A DNA stretch of 64,000 nt. It comes from Raillietiella orientalis (lineage: Eukaryota). Of this stretch, positions 63,601 through 64,000 are shown piece after piece (the first letter of the stretch is position 1; every line of letters starts with the position of its first letter). The DNA lies in NCBI GenBank assembly GCA_036172245.1, contig JAYWIR010000015.1, positions 1 to 64,000 of the forward strand. The letters run 5' to 3'. The notes under the pieces are model-generated. The model saw only the letters and a program-made list of their open reading frames with translations. It did no database searches and had not been told where the DNA came from. A program made the position numbers and the translations under genes.

Positions 63601-64000
63601 GACAGTCGTCTGGGAACATCGTGGATGCCTTTCAAAGGCATTACACCAAACACTTTAGGCGACAACATCTCTGTCGCTCTAGTCAACAGGCCTTTCTGAG
63701 CTACCTCGAGAAGAGGACCGACGATCTCCAGCGGAACAGACTGGAGGAGGAATTCTCCGAAGACGAGGTGAAGACTGCGTTTGGTCAACTACGCAAGGAC
63801 GTGGCAGCGGGCCCAGACAGCGTACCCATCACTCACTATCAGCGGTACTTGCATGCCTACCTGCGTTTGTTCCACCAGTTGACCCTCTGCATCCGTGAAG
63901 AAGGAAGACTTCCACAGTCCTTCTACGAGAGTCGAATGAGATTGTTGCCAAAAGGAGGCGACCTCACGCAGGTCGCTCAATGGAGGCGAATCTCGATCCT
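60645..64000 (+). mobile_element. Second L1/Tx1-type family: ORF1 (three knuckles) and ORF2 EN/RT start, running off the window
   Basis: CFRCGKVGHQVRNC flanked by two degenerate knuckles. ORF2 from ATG 62568: SWNVNG, LQETH, NLYGP, GDLN, IDH, SDH, AGPD, LLPKGGDL..WR. Three in-frame TAA and one ORF1 frameshift. Confidence 0.88.
60860..61080 (+). repeat. Degenerate GC-rich coding minisatellite in ORF1 (PR[IV]xPAA units)
   Basis: Recurrent gccgagg.tcg.gcccgcggcggc units encoding PRIAPAA, PRVVPAA, PRIVPKA and PRVPPAA. Confidence 0.7.

Noticed and set aside
1..64000. Window-wide TAA/TAG-to-Gln genetic code
   Set aside because: TAG falls at the natural end of pepsin-like gene C (47642-47644) and of ORF1 (62552-62554), and the intact 346-aa ORF1 has no internal TAR.

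Overview
Eukaryotic nuclear DNA, dominated by transposable elements; the host cannot be identified from this sequence. All family assignments come from motif recognition by eye, not database searches. (1) At least ten copies or relics of L1/Tx1-type non-LTR retrotransposons (CCHC-knuckle ORF1; APE endonuclease-RT-zinc finger ORF2), clustered at 1-5 kb and 50.5-64 kb and mostly disabled. (2) A decayed RLE-type (NeSL/Utopia-like) element at about 32.7-35.4 kb. (3) A ~1.1-kb dispersed repeat (9328-10437 minus, 45652-46693 plus, partial third copy 9141-9327). It starts with a tRNA-His-like head and has a hairpin-dense body, so it is a candidate new SINE/structured-RNA family. (4) Three very divergent pepsin-family (A1) genes or pseudogenes with mostly 31-61 nt introns and altered catalytic motifs; the ORF track largely misses them. 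(5) An AT-rich island containing a Gln/Pro-rich frame whose Gln codons appear as TAA/TAG. Other stretches look like small-exon or decayed coding DNA that I cannot name.
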